DNA of 63,389 nt, the filler included, from Basidiobolus ranarum (taxonomy: Eukaryota): the NCBI GenBank assembly GCA_040143965.1. It is 52 parts of 52 records of this genome, joined end to end, with 100 filler letters (N's around TTAATTAATTAA, not from the genome) between each part and the next. Parts side by side here need not be neighbours in the genome. Positions count along the whole stretch, not along the records: positions 48,899 to 50,016 come from JASJQH010013229.1; positions 50,117 to 51,233 come from JASJQH010013230.1; positions 51,334 to 52,450 come from JASJQH010013231.1; positions 52,551 to 53,666 come from JASJQH010013232.1; positions 53,767 to 54,882 come from JASJQH010013233.1; positions 54,983 to 56,098 come from JASJQH010013234.1; positions 56,199 to 57,314 come from JASJQH010013235.1; positions 57,415 to 58,529 come from JASJQH010013236.1; 44 more parts are not named here. One strand, given 5' to 3'. The notes beneath the pieces were generated by a model. The model was not told the DNA's origin. It searched no databases and was given only the letters and a program-made list of their open reading frames with translations. This document shows, in pieces, positions 49,059-61,059 of this stretch; positions within the stretch are counted from its first letter, which is position 1; each line of letters begins with the position of its first letter. A program made the position numbers and the translations under genes.

Positions 49059-50116
49059 TATGGACCTATCAAGTGGGTGATGAAAAGGTGATGGAGAACT
49101 GAGGAGCGCGAGTGGACGACTTGCTAATGGCAAAGTTCAATATTCTCTGATCATGGCTATTTATACTCTCCAGGCTAGATACTCTCAAACAATCTTGAGC
49201 TTTGAAACAATGTATAGTGGTTGTATTTGATAGAGAATGCAGGATAGGTCAATCATGAAGATCGCATACAATGCACTCCGTGTCGTCTTGCCTTCAGTCG
49301 GTCTTCGATGCCCTACTAAACGTTACCAGATAGTTCTCATACATTTTAAAATCATCAAACATCACTTATAAGTGAGACGTTCATGGATTGGAGAAGAAAC
49401 TCTCTCCTAATTATGATCGCACTTCCTGACAGCTGATCTTCCCACACCTGTTTGTGAGAGAGGAGCATATGACTTTAGTGGATGCTTGTATGACAAGAGG
49501 AGAGGCCCCTGAAAGGTCATCTAGGCATGCTCTCCGCAGAAGCCTCACCAATACCCAATCTAATTGAAGGACATGCGATGCGTAAACCTTTTTTTAGATC
49601 AACATGCAACCGTAACGATGCCGAACTGAAACTTGTTTGGATCATTCCTGACTGCTCTTTGAAATAAGCCATCTATCTGAAATAGCTACGATTCAAGGAT
49701 GAACTACTGGCGCATGAAAGCATTATCCTATTTAGAGACTTGATCGCCGACTATTCTTTGCCTCTTGGTATACTTGGGGACGAAATCAAACACATTGTAC
49801 ATTAGTATCATCTCTAATATCTATACCTCTACCAGAATTATGCTATAGCATCCCGCACCAGGAATCTTCCTTAGCGCTCTACAGACTCTCAATTCTCATA
49901 AATTTGTGAGTTGCATCCCAGCAATGGGTTATGATGTACCTCAAATTTCTGTTAGGGCAAACATTAGTCCACTCATAACACTTACAGTAAAGGAAGCAGC
50001 TTTGATTATTGAGGAGNNNNNNNNNNNNNNNNNNNNNNNNNNNNNNNNNNNNNNNNNNNNTTAATTAATTAANNNNNNNNNNNNNNNNNNNNNNNNNNNN
50101 NNNNNNNNNNNNNNNN

Positions 50117-50521
50117 TGGCATTGATCAGACTGAGGTCTGATCAAGGAATACATGGGGCTTTTATAGATATTGCAAGATGAAACATATTATACTTAATAG
50201 GGAATATACTGTGGCAAGTTCAAGAGTTGGCGTGTAAGGGACTACAAGGACCAATACAAAGAGGGAAGAAGTAAGGATGATGTAGGGATGATCAGGTGAC
50301 CTTCCATGGCAGGTCTTGGTGGAAATACACTATGTGTGGGATGACATGATTGGTTAGGTTTCATGGAATGTTCCAAAGAATATGACTTCCATATAAGGTA
50401 ATCTGGACGAACTTACACCAGATTGCCAAGAAGGGATGGCATAGCAGATATGATGTAATAATCTAATAATAGAAGAGTTCTATTTGTAGTGGATCAGTAT
50501 GCCAAGATCAGAATCATGACA
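50117..50521 (-). repeat. Gypsy LTR 5' portion
   Basis: Ends AGATCAGAATCATGACA, the reverse complement of the LTR start at 7183 and 63367. Confidence 0.85.
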
Positions 50522-50529
50522 TCGTAATC

Positions 50530-51233
50530 TCAATATTATATTGCAAAAGGGGATCTGCTGGAGCCGGAGCTTGCCATGAGGCACTAGTCACTTATTATTC
50601 AACAACATTCCTTTACTACTTACTCAGCTATATATTAGAAAATTCAATGTGAGTGATCTATTTGAGATAGGATCAAAGTTTCAATTGATTGGGAAAATAC
50701 TTGAAAGCATCAAGATACCATCATATTCTACCAGGACTCCCATAAATATCCACTAATATAGGCATTTATTTATATGCTAAGACTGGAAGTACTGGATTTG
50801 TACATGTTCAGGTGGAATCTTGAACAGATTTCTCCCTGATCAATATTGGTAATATTGGGAGTTGTTTGTGAATATTGTTAATATATTCTTATAGCATCAA
50901 CTCACATTGGAAGATCTCAGGCAGATACAGCAACTGTGCAAGGACCCTAACAGAAATTTGAAGATTGTTATTGTAGGAAAACCATCACAATTGTAATCCA
51001 TTTGGGATTGACCGTTTACTTACCATCATAAAATCATCCAGTTAGATTTGATTTTAATCAATTTTTCAGCTTCTGGAGTGAAATTTCCAGATCTTGCAAA
51101 ATAGTTGTGTATAATTGGCTAAAATCTCAGAGAACTATGGATCAACACATGTGCAAAAAATGTAACTCAAATTTTACACAATTACCACTTGAATGCTAAT
51201 TTGTCACCTTCAAAATCCCTAGTCTCTTTGATA
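50530..51233. mobile_element. CMC transposase fragment (+, to 50944) hit by an inverted CMC left terminus (50945..51233)
   Basis: CCCTAACAGAAATTTG at 50945 interrupts sequence homologous to ~9090. Confidence 0.88.
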
Positions 51234-51333
51234 NNNNNNNNNNNNNNNNNNNNNNNNNNNNNNNNNNNNNNNNNNNNTTAATTAATTAANNNNNNNNNNN
51301 NNNNNNNNNNNNNNNNNNNNNNNNNNNNNNNNN

Positions 51334-52450
51334 CAAAGTCCCTAGAAGGCTCTCCAATCCTATTTGTTAAGAAAAAAGATGGATCCCTCCATCTCTGTGT
51401 TGATTATCAAGGCCTAAATAGCATTACAGTCAAAAATTGGTACCCCTTGCCATTGATCACCTCATTCTTGGATCAACTTACTTCAGCCAAGGTGTTTGCA
51501 AAGATTGATCTAAGAGGTGCTTACAATCTTATAAGAATCAAACCCGGAGACCAATGGAAAACTGCCTTTCAAACTTGCTATGGACACTTTGAATACACTG
51601 TCATGCCATTAGGACTTACCAATGCCCCTGCAGTCTTTCAACACATGATGAATGATATCTTCAGAGAGTATCTTGACCAATTTGTGGTAATCTACCTTGA
51701 CAATATTTTGGTCTTCTCAAGCTCTCAAGAAGAACATAATATTCATGTTTCCAAAGTCCTAGAAAAGTTGAAAACCTCTGGGCTCTATGCTAAACTTGAG
51801 AAATGTGAATTTGATCAAGCTCAAGTTGAATTCCTTGGATATAATATCAGCACATCAGGCATCTCCATGGACCCTAAGAAGGTTGAATTGGTTCTGTCTT
51901 AGGATATTCCAAAGAGTGTGAAGGATGTCCAATTACTCGTTGGATTTGCAAACTTTTACTAAAGGTTTGTCAAGAACTACTCCAAAATATCTGCTCCATT
52001 AACAAATCTCACAAAGAAAGAACTCCCATTTGACTGGAACCAATCTTGCCAACAAGCATTTGTAACTTTAAAGAGTGCTTTTACCTCAGCACCAATCCTG
52101 GCACATCCCAAGCTAGATAAACCATTTATTGTTGAAACTGATGCATCCGACTTTGCTCTAGGAGCAGTACTTTCACAGTTTGATGATGACAACTTACTAC
52201 ACCCTGTTGCCTTTTACTCAAGAAAGTTCTCTGCTGCAGAAATCAACTATGACATCTATGACAAGGAACTATTAGCAATTATTGCTGCATTTGAACAATG
52301 GCGACAATACTTGAATGGAGCAAATCACAAAATCACAGTTTATTGTGATCACAAGAATCTTCAGTATTTTAGTACAACCAAAGTTCTCAACTGTCATCAA
52401 GCAAGATGGTCATTATTTCTTGCCAGTTTTGATTTTGTGATTACATATTG
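51334..52450 (+). mobile_element. Ty3/gypsy (Tf1/chromovirus-like) RT and RNase H
   Basis: [46 protein letters not shown](D>N), TDASD. Confidence 0.97.
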
Positions 52451-52550
52451 NNNNNNNNNNNNNNNNNNNNNNNNNNNNNNNNNNNNNNNNNNNNTTAATT
52501 AATTAANNNNNNNNNNNNNNNNNNNNNNNNNNNNNNNNNNNNNNNNNNNN

Positions 52551-53060
52551 CATTCTTCCCCAACATATGCCAAAGCAGCCATAGTCTTCTCATATCTTAC
52601 AAATGGTGTGTGCCTCTCAACCCAAAGCCTTTTGTCGTGGTGTCTCCTGGGATGTGGCCCACTAAACCAAATGATGTATTCATCCAAATCAATAAAAGCC
52701 TGGAACTTTACACAATGAGATTTGTACTTGCCAAAATAGAATAACTTTTGGTTGCTTTTGAGCCTGATAACTCTCAAAGGAAATGTGTTGAGAATACACT
52801 GATATGAGCTCTATTGGGAAATACTCCAGGAAATGGAAGGAAATCAGAGTCTCTGAATCTTTTGTTCCAGGCACCTTGAATATCTCACATCACTGAAGAT
52901 AGATAATTCTCACTTAGTTGAAGCCTGGTATGTAAGCTTTTCCCACTTTTATTACCATTAATAGTGCACTGAGATCTGATTGGACAATAGTTCTTGTAGT
53001 AACAAAACAAATTGCCTAGCTGCTTTCTGGTATGTATTGGAGTGAATGAGACATACTATT
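52551..53060 (-). mobile_element. PIF/Harbinger-ISL2EU (DDE_Tnp_4-like) transposase relic
   Basis: CIL(D>N)TFPLRV...QKLFYFGKYKSHCVKFQAFID...IIWFSGPHP..HHD...MA(D>A)LAYVG. Confidence 0.75.
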
Positions 53061-53427
53061 TCTCAAATATAGCTTGCAGGGTGGTGATAGGAGAGCCAGC
53101 AGTTGCTTTTGGCTTAATGAGGAATGACCATTTAGAGTAGATGGAGAGCATTATACTAATCTTGTGTTGGGCTGGCACAATACTGATTAATCCAGCTTAT
53201 GTGAGATATCTATCTAAGAATTTCAATTATCATGGTAAAATTCCCTACATTCTGTATAATAAAACTTCTGTTTGCAATTATTATCCTAATTGTTTCAATT
53301 ATGTGTAATTGCATTGAAATTATAAATAAACTGCATCAGCAAAGTTAATCTTAGTTTGATCTGAATTAATTTATTTTGCATACATATCAAAACAGCTCAA
53401 TGCACAATGCACAATTCACAATTCATT

Positions 53428-53609
53428 TGACTTGTTCCATGGTGCCAGGATTTTTTAAACCTTGGATCAATATATTAGAGTAAATGTGATTGAAATTGAT
53501 TATGCCAGAGGGTGCTCAATAGTGCCAAATTTGGCCACATAAATTTTATAATACTTTATCCAATATGATATAGACAGCACAATCTGGCACTATCCCAGAG
53601 AACAAGTCC
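53428..53609. mobile_element. Second copy of the 182-bp MITE, opposite orientation
   Basis: (T)GACTTGTTC...GAACAAGTCC, same length and colinear with 48258..48439; TSD not clean. Confidence 0.85.
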
Positions 53610-53766
53610 CATATATTTAATCACACTATAGGAAATTAACTTCAACATTTTAACCAAAAATATAAANNNNNNNNNNNNNNNNNNNNNNNNNNNNNNNNNN
53701 NNNNNNNNNNTTAATTAATTAANNNNNNNNNNNNNNNNNNNNNNNNNNNNNNNNNNNNNNNNNNNN

Positions 53767-53808
53767 GATGATGGCTACGATGCAGCATAGAATGGTGAAA
53801 AATCTCAT
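53767..53808 (-). CDS. Start of putative secreted protein MRFFTILCCIVAII
   Basis: Signal-peptide-like; TATAAA at 53915..53910; paralog of 54841..54882. Confidence 0.65.
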
Positions 53809-54840
53809 GATGTTAAATAAAGCGGAAGTAGTAATAATGATTTTAAGAAGGCAAAGGAGTGAAAAGATTGACGCTGAGTTGTTTTTGAAGAGAATGAGAC
53901 TTGAACTTCTTTATATGTTAGTTTTTTCACATGTTAAAGATTCAATTGACTCGAGGTTCTCCTAAATGCGCAGCGATAGGCTCATAATTGAAATACCTTC
54001 CAAGACAACGGTTATTTGACATACTGAGATGCACTATGGCCTGGATTTAGAGTAAATACATCTCGATTCTGTTGCAACCTCTAATATCTCTAATCTAGTG
54101 ACTAATTGACTCTATCACCTTCTGTGACAATAAGCGATGGGATAGGTTAGGATTCGTACCTAGGGGCGATCCATCACGTTTACATTTAAATGTTGTCCAT
54201 ATATGGTTACGATTGGCTTTGGTACTAATAATTTAAGGTCAAAACATTGCGATCCCTCCCTCCCCTTTTTTGAATTCTCCACATGATCACCAGCTGGTCA
54301 ACCATTTTTCTGTCTGTAAAAGCCTTGGAGGCATCTTATCATCAGTATAGCGGTTTGCGTGGATGGAGAGGTGATACATAAAGCATGTATTCTGTAGTGA
54401 TCTCATAATAAGATAGATGTACTGATAACACGGAGCAAATTCATTTGATAGAATGAGGCATATCAAGGCAGGAAGGTGAGCGTTTAGAAAGGTAAGATCT
54501 CTATAAGGAGTGCATTGCGATTTTGGCCCTAGCAGCATTAACTAGTTACTACAATTTAATTACAACCTGCATTTATCCTGCGTCATGTAATACTCCACTG
54601 TATCCCTTTTTTTCTCAGTGAATAGAAGGCTTATCATATCGATGCATTTGCATTGTATACTGCCTAAATTCTCCTATTTGTGCCTTGTAGAAATATTATT
54701 ATTCTTCGGTCTCATTTTGCAGGATATGACCTTGTTAGTATAAAAGGCTCAAGTTATGTATGATCTTCCATAAGTCAAGTCAATCAGCTCACCCTTTATT
54801 AGCATTTGCAAATACATACACTACTAATTCTCACGACATC

Positions 54841-54882
54841 ATGAGATTCTTCGCTATTCTATGCAGTATCGTCGCCATCATG
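54841..54882 (+). CDS. Start of putative secreted protein MRFFAILCSIVAIM
   Basis: Signal-peptide-like; TATAAAA at 54739; 11/14 aa identical to the copy at the other contig end. Confidence 0.65.
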
Positions 54883-54982
54883 NNNNNNNNNNNNNNNNNN
54901 NNNNNNNNNNNNNNNNNNNNNNNNNNTTAATTAATTAANNNNNNNNNNNNNNNNNNNNNNNNNNNNNNNNNNNNNNNNNNNN

Positions 54983-56098
54983 GATTATCTTGAAATATTG
55001 TAGTTGGTGAATTTTGAGAATAACCCAAATCTGTTAAGAGTTTTCTTAACCATATTGCTTCTTTTGTTGCTTCACAGGCAGCCATGTATTCAGCTTCTGT
55101 TGTTGAAAGTGCTATGGTAGGTTATTTCTTTGAATTCCAAGAAATAGATCCATTATAGCAAAGAAATAAGTATCCTGTTGTAGATCTCTTGTCTTCCATA
55201 TCTTTTCCCCAATTTGCATCTGAATATCTAATCAGATCAAAGTTTGATCCAGAATATGTGTATTTTAAGCATATATCCACAGTACCTTTCAAATATCTGA
55301 AAATCTGCTTAACTGCTATGATTTAATCAGATCCATAATTTTGAAGATATTGGCATATAACTCCCACAGAATATGCAATATCTGGCTGTGTTCCAACCAT
55401 GATATACATCAAACTACCAACCATAGATTGATAAGGAAATTTCTGGCTTTCATTTGAATCCAAGAACATCTGATTTGAGCCATTTTTGGTCAAGTTAAGA
55501 TTTGTCTCCATTGGGGTAGATACTGGATTACATTCTTCCATTTTAAACTTCTTTAGTATATCTAGGATATACTTAGACTGGTTTAAAGTTATTGTTTTGG
55601 TAGTTCTATCTATCTTAATTTGGATTCCAAGATAGTACGTCAGTTCACCAAGATCAGTCATTTTGAATTTGGCAGATAAGCTGGATTTGGTGTTCTCCAA
55701 AGTCTTCAAGTCATTGGTTGCTATTATAAGGTCATCTACATATAAGGCTAATAAAACTGGGTTTGTCTTATCTGGCCTGAAGTAGATACTATAGTCAGCA
55801 TTACTCTTTTGGAATTTGAGTGTTTCCAAAAAAGCATCTATCTTGCTATTCCAAGCTCTTGGAGATTGTTTTAAGCCATAGAGTGTTTTCCGGAGTCTGC
55901 AAACTTTTTTAGGGTTTTCTGGGTCCACAAATCCATCTGGCTGGTCCATATAGATCTCCTTAGCAAGCTCACCATTTAAAAAGGCAGTTTTGACATCCAT
56001 TTGATGTACAATAAACTGATATTTAGCTGAAATTGCTAAAATCAATCTAATTGAATTAAACTTTGCTACAGGAGCAAAAGTTTCTGTATAATATATTC
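54983..56098 (-). mobile_element. Copia family A RT and RNase H
   Basis: HQMDVKTAFLNG, LYGLKQSPRAWN, LYVDD, SDANWG, ALSTTEAEYMA. Confidence 0.98.
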
Positions 56099-56198
56099 NN
56101 NNNNNNNNNNNNNNNNNNNNNNNNNNNNNNNNNNNNNNNNNNTTAATTAATTAANNNNNNNNNNNNNNNNNNNNNNNNNNNNNNNNNNNNNNNNNNNN

Positions 56199-56957
56199 AG
56201 ATTAAGTACCTTTGTAATTAGTCTAATTTGCTTGTGTGATAATCTGATGGTATTTTTAGGAAAGCTGCAAGACAGACTTCTTGGTGAGATAGATGGAGAT
56301 ATGCAGTATTATTGTTTTAGCCATGGCATAATCTATTCAAGCAATGACACATCTACTTGTGGCAGGACATTTGTTGCTTGCAAGCCAGGGATATATTGGC
56401 TTAATTCTTTATGGGAATTTGCCAAAATCCAAGAGCTTATTCTCATTGTGAATGGTAACAAGAGTCAGCTCTTTGCCAAGTGTCAGTGCTACTCAAAATT
56501 TCAGATGTTTTGCAGCATTTACACCATTAGTTTGCTCTTAGAGCATATTGATGTTGTTGAGTTATGTCCAATCAGTCAAGTATGTGCATATGTAGGGACT
56601 AAACACAACAAGATTAGTGTATTTTCTGATTCTCATTATGGCTGGAATACAAAGCCTAAAATATCAAAATAAAGGCATGTGTATTAATTTGAATTCCTAC
56701 AGCAGTAAACCTGTAAGTTGCCTTTCAAAAATTATATTTTGGCAAAAATTGCTGGATATTGAATAATGCATGCCCAATTCAAGTATCAATATTTTAACAT
56801 GTATGAATACCATTAAAATACCATCAAGAAACCACTGTCACACCATCAAAATCCCCGGCAGAATGCAAGCCAACAATACTGTGATGGTTCTAAGATGGAT
56901 TTGCTATTTTGGAGGATGGATCCAATCTGGATCAAATCAATTTTATTTTTTTAAGGG
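56199..56957 (+). mobile_element. CMC transposase 3' end and right terminus
   Basis: ORF stop at 56672, then 285 bp to ATTTTTTTAAGGG. Confidence 0.9.
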
Positions 56958-57314
56958 AATATGGAGAAAGGTATATCCAGTGATGGATCTTCTGTCCTCA
57001 ACATCACATCCCCAATCTGCATCACTAAGCCCAATTAGATCCTCATTCTCATAGGAATTTGAGTATCTTAATCCCAGACCAATTGCCCTCATCAAATATC
57101 TGAAAATCTGCTTAACTGTGACATAATGTTCAGATCTTGGGTTTCCACATGTTTGCTAGCTACTCACACTGCAAACAAGTTATCTGGCTAGGTTCCAGTC
57201 ATAACATAGATCAATCTACCTGCCATAGTTTGATAAGGGAACTCAGGGCTTATGAATGACATATTTTGAGCTATATTTGGCCAATTTTCATTTTTATAAT
57301 GGGATTTATGACTT
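56958..57314 (-). mobile_element. Copia RT-end/RNase H fragment (CMC insertion target)
   Basis: PYQTMAGRLIY, KQIFRYL, SDADWG.DVEDRRSITGY. Confidence 0.9.
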
Positions 57315-57414
57315 NNNNNNNNNNNNNNNNNNNNNNNNNNNNNNNNNNNNNNNNNNNNTTAATTAATTAANNNNNNNNNNNNNNNNNNNNNNNNNNNNNN
57401 NNNNNNNNNNNNNN

Positions 57415-58529
57415 CTGTTGACTAGTAGCTTCCAAATGCTGCATAAATTGCAATATTGAGGCATTATTGCTTGTCATGGCCTGTATAGCAACTTTGTAGT
57501 TTTTACTTCTGATTGCATACAAATCACTACAGTGATATGCCTGCAACTACCTTGTAAGAATAATATCCAAATTTTCTAAGGAGGGCTATTCTGTAGTGGG
57601 CAAAGTAGCCATTTTAGAAGTTGATGGTCTTGATGGTATTTTGGTTCAACTTTGCTCAAGTTTTGATTTAATATCTAATTGGGGGATTACAATCTCTTCA
57701 CTTACACTATTATGGAAACAAACACATCTGGTAAGTTGATTTAGGCTTCATCATTACTTGAGTTAGTGTCTGGCATGTTAATGCCTTCCAAAGTGGAGAG
57801 TGGATCACTAGACTGCAGATCAATTAAGTCCTCTCTTCTTGCTGGTTTTTTTGCTTTTGTGCCCACAGGCTTTGGCTTGGAAGCCAACTTTGATTTATAT
57901 TTTGAATCCTTTTTGAATGGCATTGAAATTTTCAGATGGTAAACTAGGTTTAATCAAATTGCTTAGAAACAGCATATATTAAACCAAAATTGCAATCCAT
58001 TACTGGAAACATCTGGTAAATTCCCCAATGACTCATCTGTGACACCATCTTAGAATCAGCTGATGGGATTGAAGGGCTATACCTAAAATACCACCCTGAC
58101 CTTGGAGGTGTTCTTTTTTCTACAATATCTTCTCATGCTGGAACACAAATGTTTGAAGATATCCTGCTATTGTTGTCAAAAATTCTTGTGCTATGAATCC
58201 AGGTGGCTTCATAAAAAAAAATAATCACAAGCACAGTTACTGTACAAAGCCACCAGCTGCACAAAGCCTGTTTTCTAACAACAGTAACAAGTGCACTAAC
58301 TCAACTTAAGCTTTGCCCATTAAGTCCACTGACTGTAGTTTGCCTCATAGTTTAGGTAACACTGCTAAATGTTCAGATACTGTGGAGTTACCACAGCTTT
58401 ATGACAAGAACAACATAGGTCAAAATGTAACTTTGGTCAAACTAGCAAGTCCAGACAACTTTGAGGACTTGCTGCTAGATGTTGACCTTGGTTATTCCAG
58501 TACTGATCATGGTATGTCAGAAGTTGAAG
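57415..58529. mobile_element. CMC ORF2 N-terminus (-, ATG 57923), spacer, transposase N-terminus (+, ATG 58135)
   Basis: Colinear with 41826..42706 and 23279..23900. Confidence 0.9.
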
Positions 58530-58629
58530 NNNNNNNNNNNNNNNNNNNNNNNNNNNNNNNNNNNNNNNNNNNNTTAATTAATTAANNNNNNNNNNNNNNN
58601 NNNNNNNNNNNNNNNNNNNNNNNNNNNNN

Positions 58630-59406
58630 CAAAATGACTTTATTTTTGGTCTGGGGCTCAAGGCAGATGTTCTTGGATTCAAATGAAAGCCAAAAATTTC
58701 TATATCAATCTATAGTTGGTTTTTTGATGTATATCATGGTTAGAACACAGCCAGATATTGCATATCTGATGTCTTACCAGATTTAGGTTATTCTCAAAAT
58801 TCACCAACTATAATATTTCAAGATAATCTAAGTTGTATCAAATTAGCTAAAAATCCCATGTTTCATAATAGAAGCAAACATATAGATATTAGACATCATT
58901 TCATTAGAGAGACTAGAGAATAAGTTTATTGACTTAACTTATTGTTCTACAAAAGATATGATTGCTGATATATTAACCAAACCATTAGCTAGACAGAAAT
59001 TTGAGAAATTTAGACCTTGCTTATGATTAGTTTATATGACTATTTAGTTGAGGGAGAGTGTTGAAATTAGCATTGCCTAAACACCTATATAGTCATATAT
59101 AGCTTAGTACTTAGTTATCTAATATTTCACTAAGATATTATCCATTATTCTCAATTGGAATATACTTGGAATATTTTTTATCAACTTAGAAGTTCTCAGA
59201 TATATAGATTTTTCAAACTTATGCTAGAAGCCCCAAACTATGCAAACATGTTTCTGGGACCTTCCTTAACACATTCTACATGTTAGTTTGCTTACATCTT
59301 GGCAAACTATAAATGTCAACTTCCAACTCAATAAATCAATAAGTTAAAACCACCAATTTCTCTAATTCACCAAACCACTTCCAACAGGCTCCCAAATACT
59401 TTAACA
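58630..59406 (+). mobile_element. Copia family A 3' end with deletions, PPT GAGGGAGAG and 3' LTR (59059..59406)
   Basis: FHNRSKHIDIRHHFIRE, IADILTKPL; TG...CA 348 bp. Confidence 0.93.
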
Positions 59407-59844
59407 GCATAGAGGGCATTGATGGGCTTGGAAAATCATTAACCACTGAACCAGAATACATAGAAGTATCATAAGCAACTAGTACCAGCTGTTTATTATC
59501 GTTATCATTATTATTACCTTTGTAAACAGGTATCTAACCTCTCGGATTTTTCGCTTATCTTATATTACTTAGTATTACTGGCAATGTGCTCTTATTTCCT
59601 CAACGCTTATCTTTATACCATGTCTGTATACAATTCGTATCTTGCCTCACTACCTATCGAAACAAATTCTTGTAGTATGTAAACATTATATGCTGTAGAA
59701 TTGAGATTGAGAATTTATCCGAAATGGTGATTTCAATATCAAAANNNNNNNNNNNNNNNNNNNNNNNNNNNNNNNNNNNNNNNNNNNNTTAATTAATTAA
59801 NNNNNNNNNNNNNNNNNNNNNNNNNNNNNNNNNNNNNNNNNNNN

Positions 59845-60959
59845 AATTTGAGAATTACCAATTCCATATTGGAAATTTCAAACTTTTCCAAATCACCCCA
59901 AAGAAACCTCATTTTACTCCCACAGATGTTCTGAACACAACCCCAGTGTTAATTTCCTGTATTTCCACCAAAAGGTATAAATGCTTTATTTCTTGACAAT
60001 AAATATTTATCTCACAAAGCTATTCACAACTCCACTTTTCTAAAGTTCCTGCAAACAGCCCATATTTTTCCAATAGGCTATGAGCCCCATGTTCTAATCT
60101 TTACAGCATGACAGAAACCACCACTACCACTTTTTTTAACTCAACTGTTGAAAAGCCTGATGGGGAAAATTACAATTTCTGGAAGTTCAAGAGATAAATC
60201 ATGCTGGAAGACAGGGAGCTTTGGTATATAGTCTCTGGAGATGAAAAGGAATCTTCTGACCCTTCTTTACTAGATGCTTACAAGCAAAGAGACAAGAAGG
60301 CCATGAATGTCATTTGTCAAAGTTTGAAGGTTTCACAACTTGTTATTATTCAATATGCAAAGACTTCCCATCAAGCTTGGACTATGTTGGAAGAGTGTTA
60401 TCAGGCAAAGATTCTTGCTAATAGACTCTTTCTCAGACAAAAATTCTTCAAAATAAAGATTGAAAATTCGGAAAGCATGGTTACTCATGTTCCAAATGTG
60501 AGATCTTTGGCAAAACAACTGGAAAATATTGGTGCAACTTTACAGGAAGAAGATGTCATTATGACTCCTCCAAGTAGTCTACCAGAACAGTATTCTAACT
60601 TGGTCACAGCTTTGGAAGCAAGATCTAACAAGTTGTCTTTGGAGTTTGTGGTAGCAAGGCTAATGGATCAACACCTCAGAAGTAAAAGTTTGAAAAAAGA
60701 ATCTGAGGAAGTGGCTCTTTTTGGAGTTGGAAAAATGTAGCTTTGGCAAGTACAAAGTTTACAAAAGAAGGAAACCAAGTTTATGCTATGGTTGTAATAA
60801 TCTAGGAAACCAGATAACTGATTGCAAATCAAGAAATTATAACAAAAATGAGAAGTCAGAACAAGCAAATCAGGTTTCAACCAAAGAGGAAGTTTTATTC
60901 ATTTCTGCTCTATCAGTGACCTCTGAACAAGACTGTAGGTTGTGGTATTTTGATTCTGG
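59845..60959 (+). mobile_element. Copia family C 5' LTR end (to 60075), PBS GGCTATGAGCCC (60076..60087), gag from ATG 60108 to protease
   Basis: DGENYNFWKFK, UBN2-like gag, CYGCNNLGNQITDC knuckle, WYFDS. Confidence 0.92.
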
Positions 60960-61059
60960 NNNNNNNNNNNNNNNNNNNNNNNNNNNNNNNNNNNNNNNNN
61001 NNNTTAATTAATTAANNNNNNNNNNNNNNNNNNNNNNNNNNNNNNNNNNNNNNNNNNNN

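Noticed and set aside
53768-53965. Plus-strand ORF MMATMQHR...
   Set aside because: Antisense to a signal-peptide start and its leader
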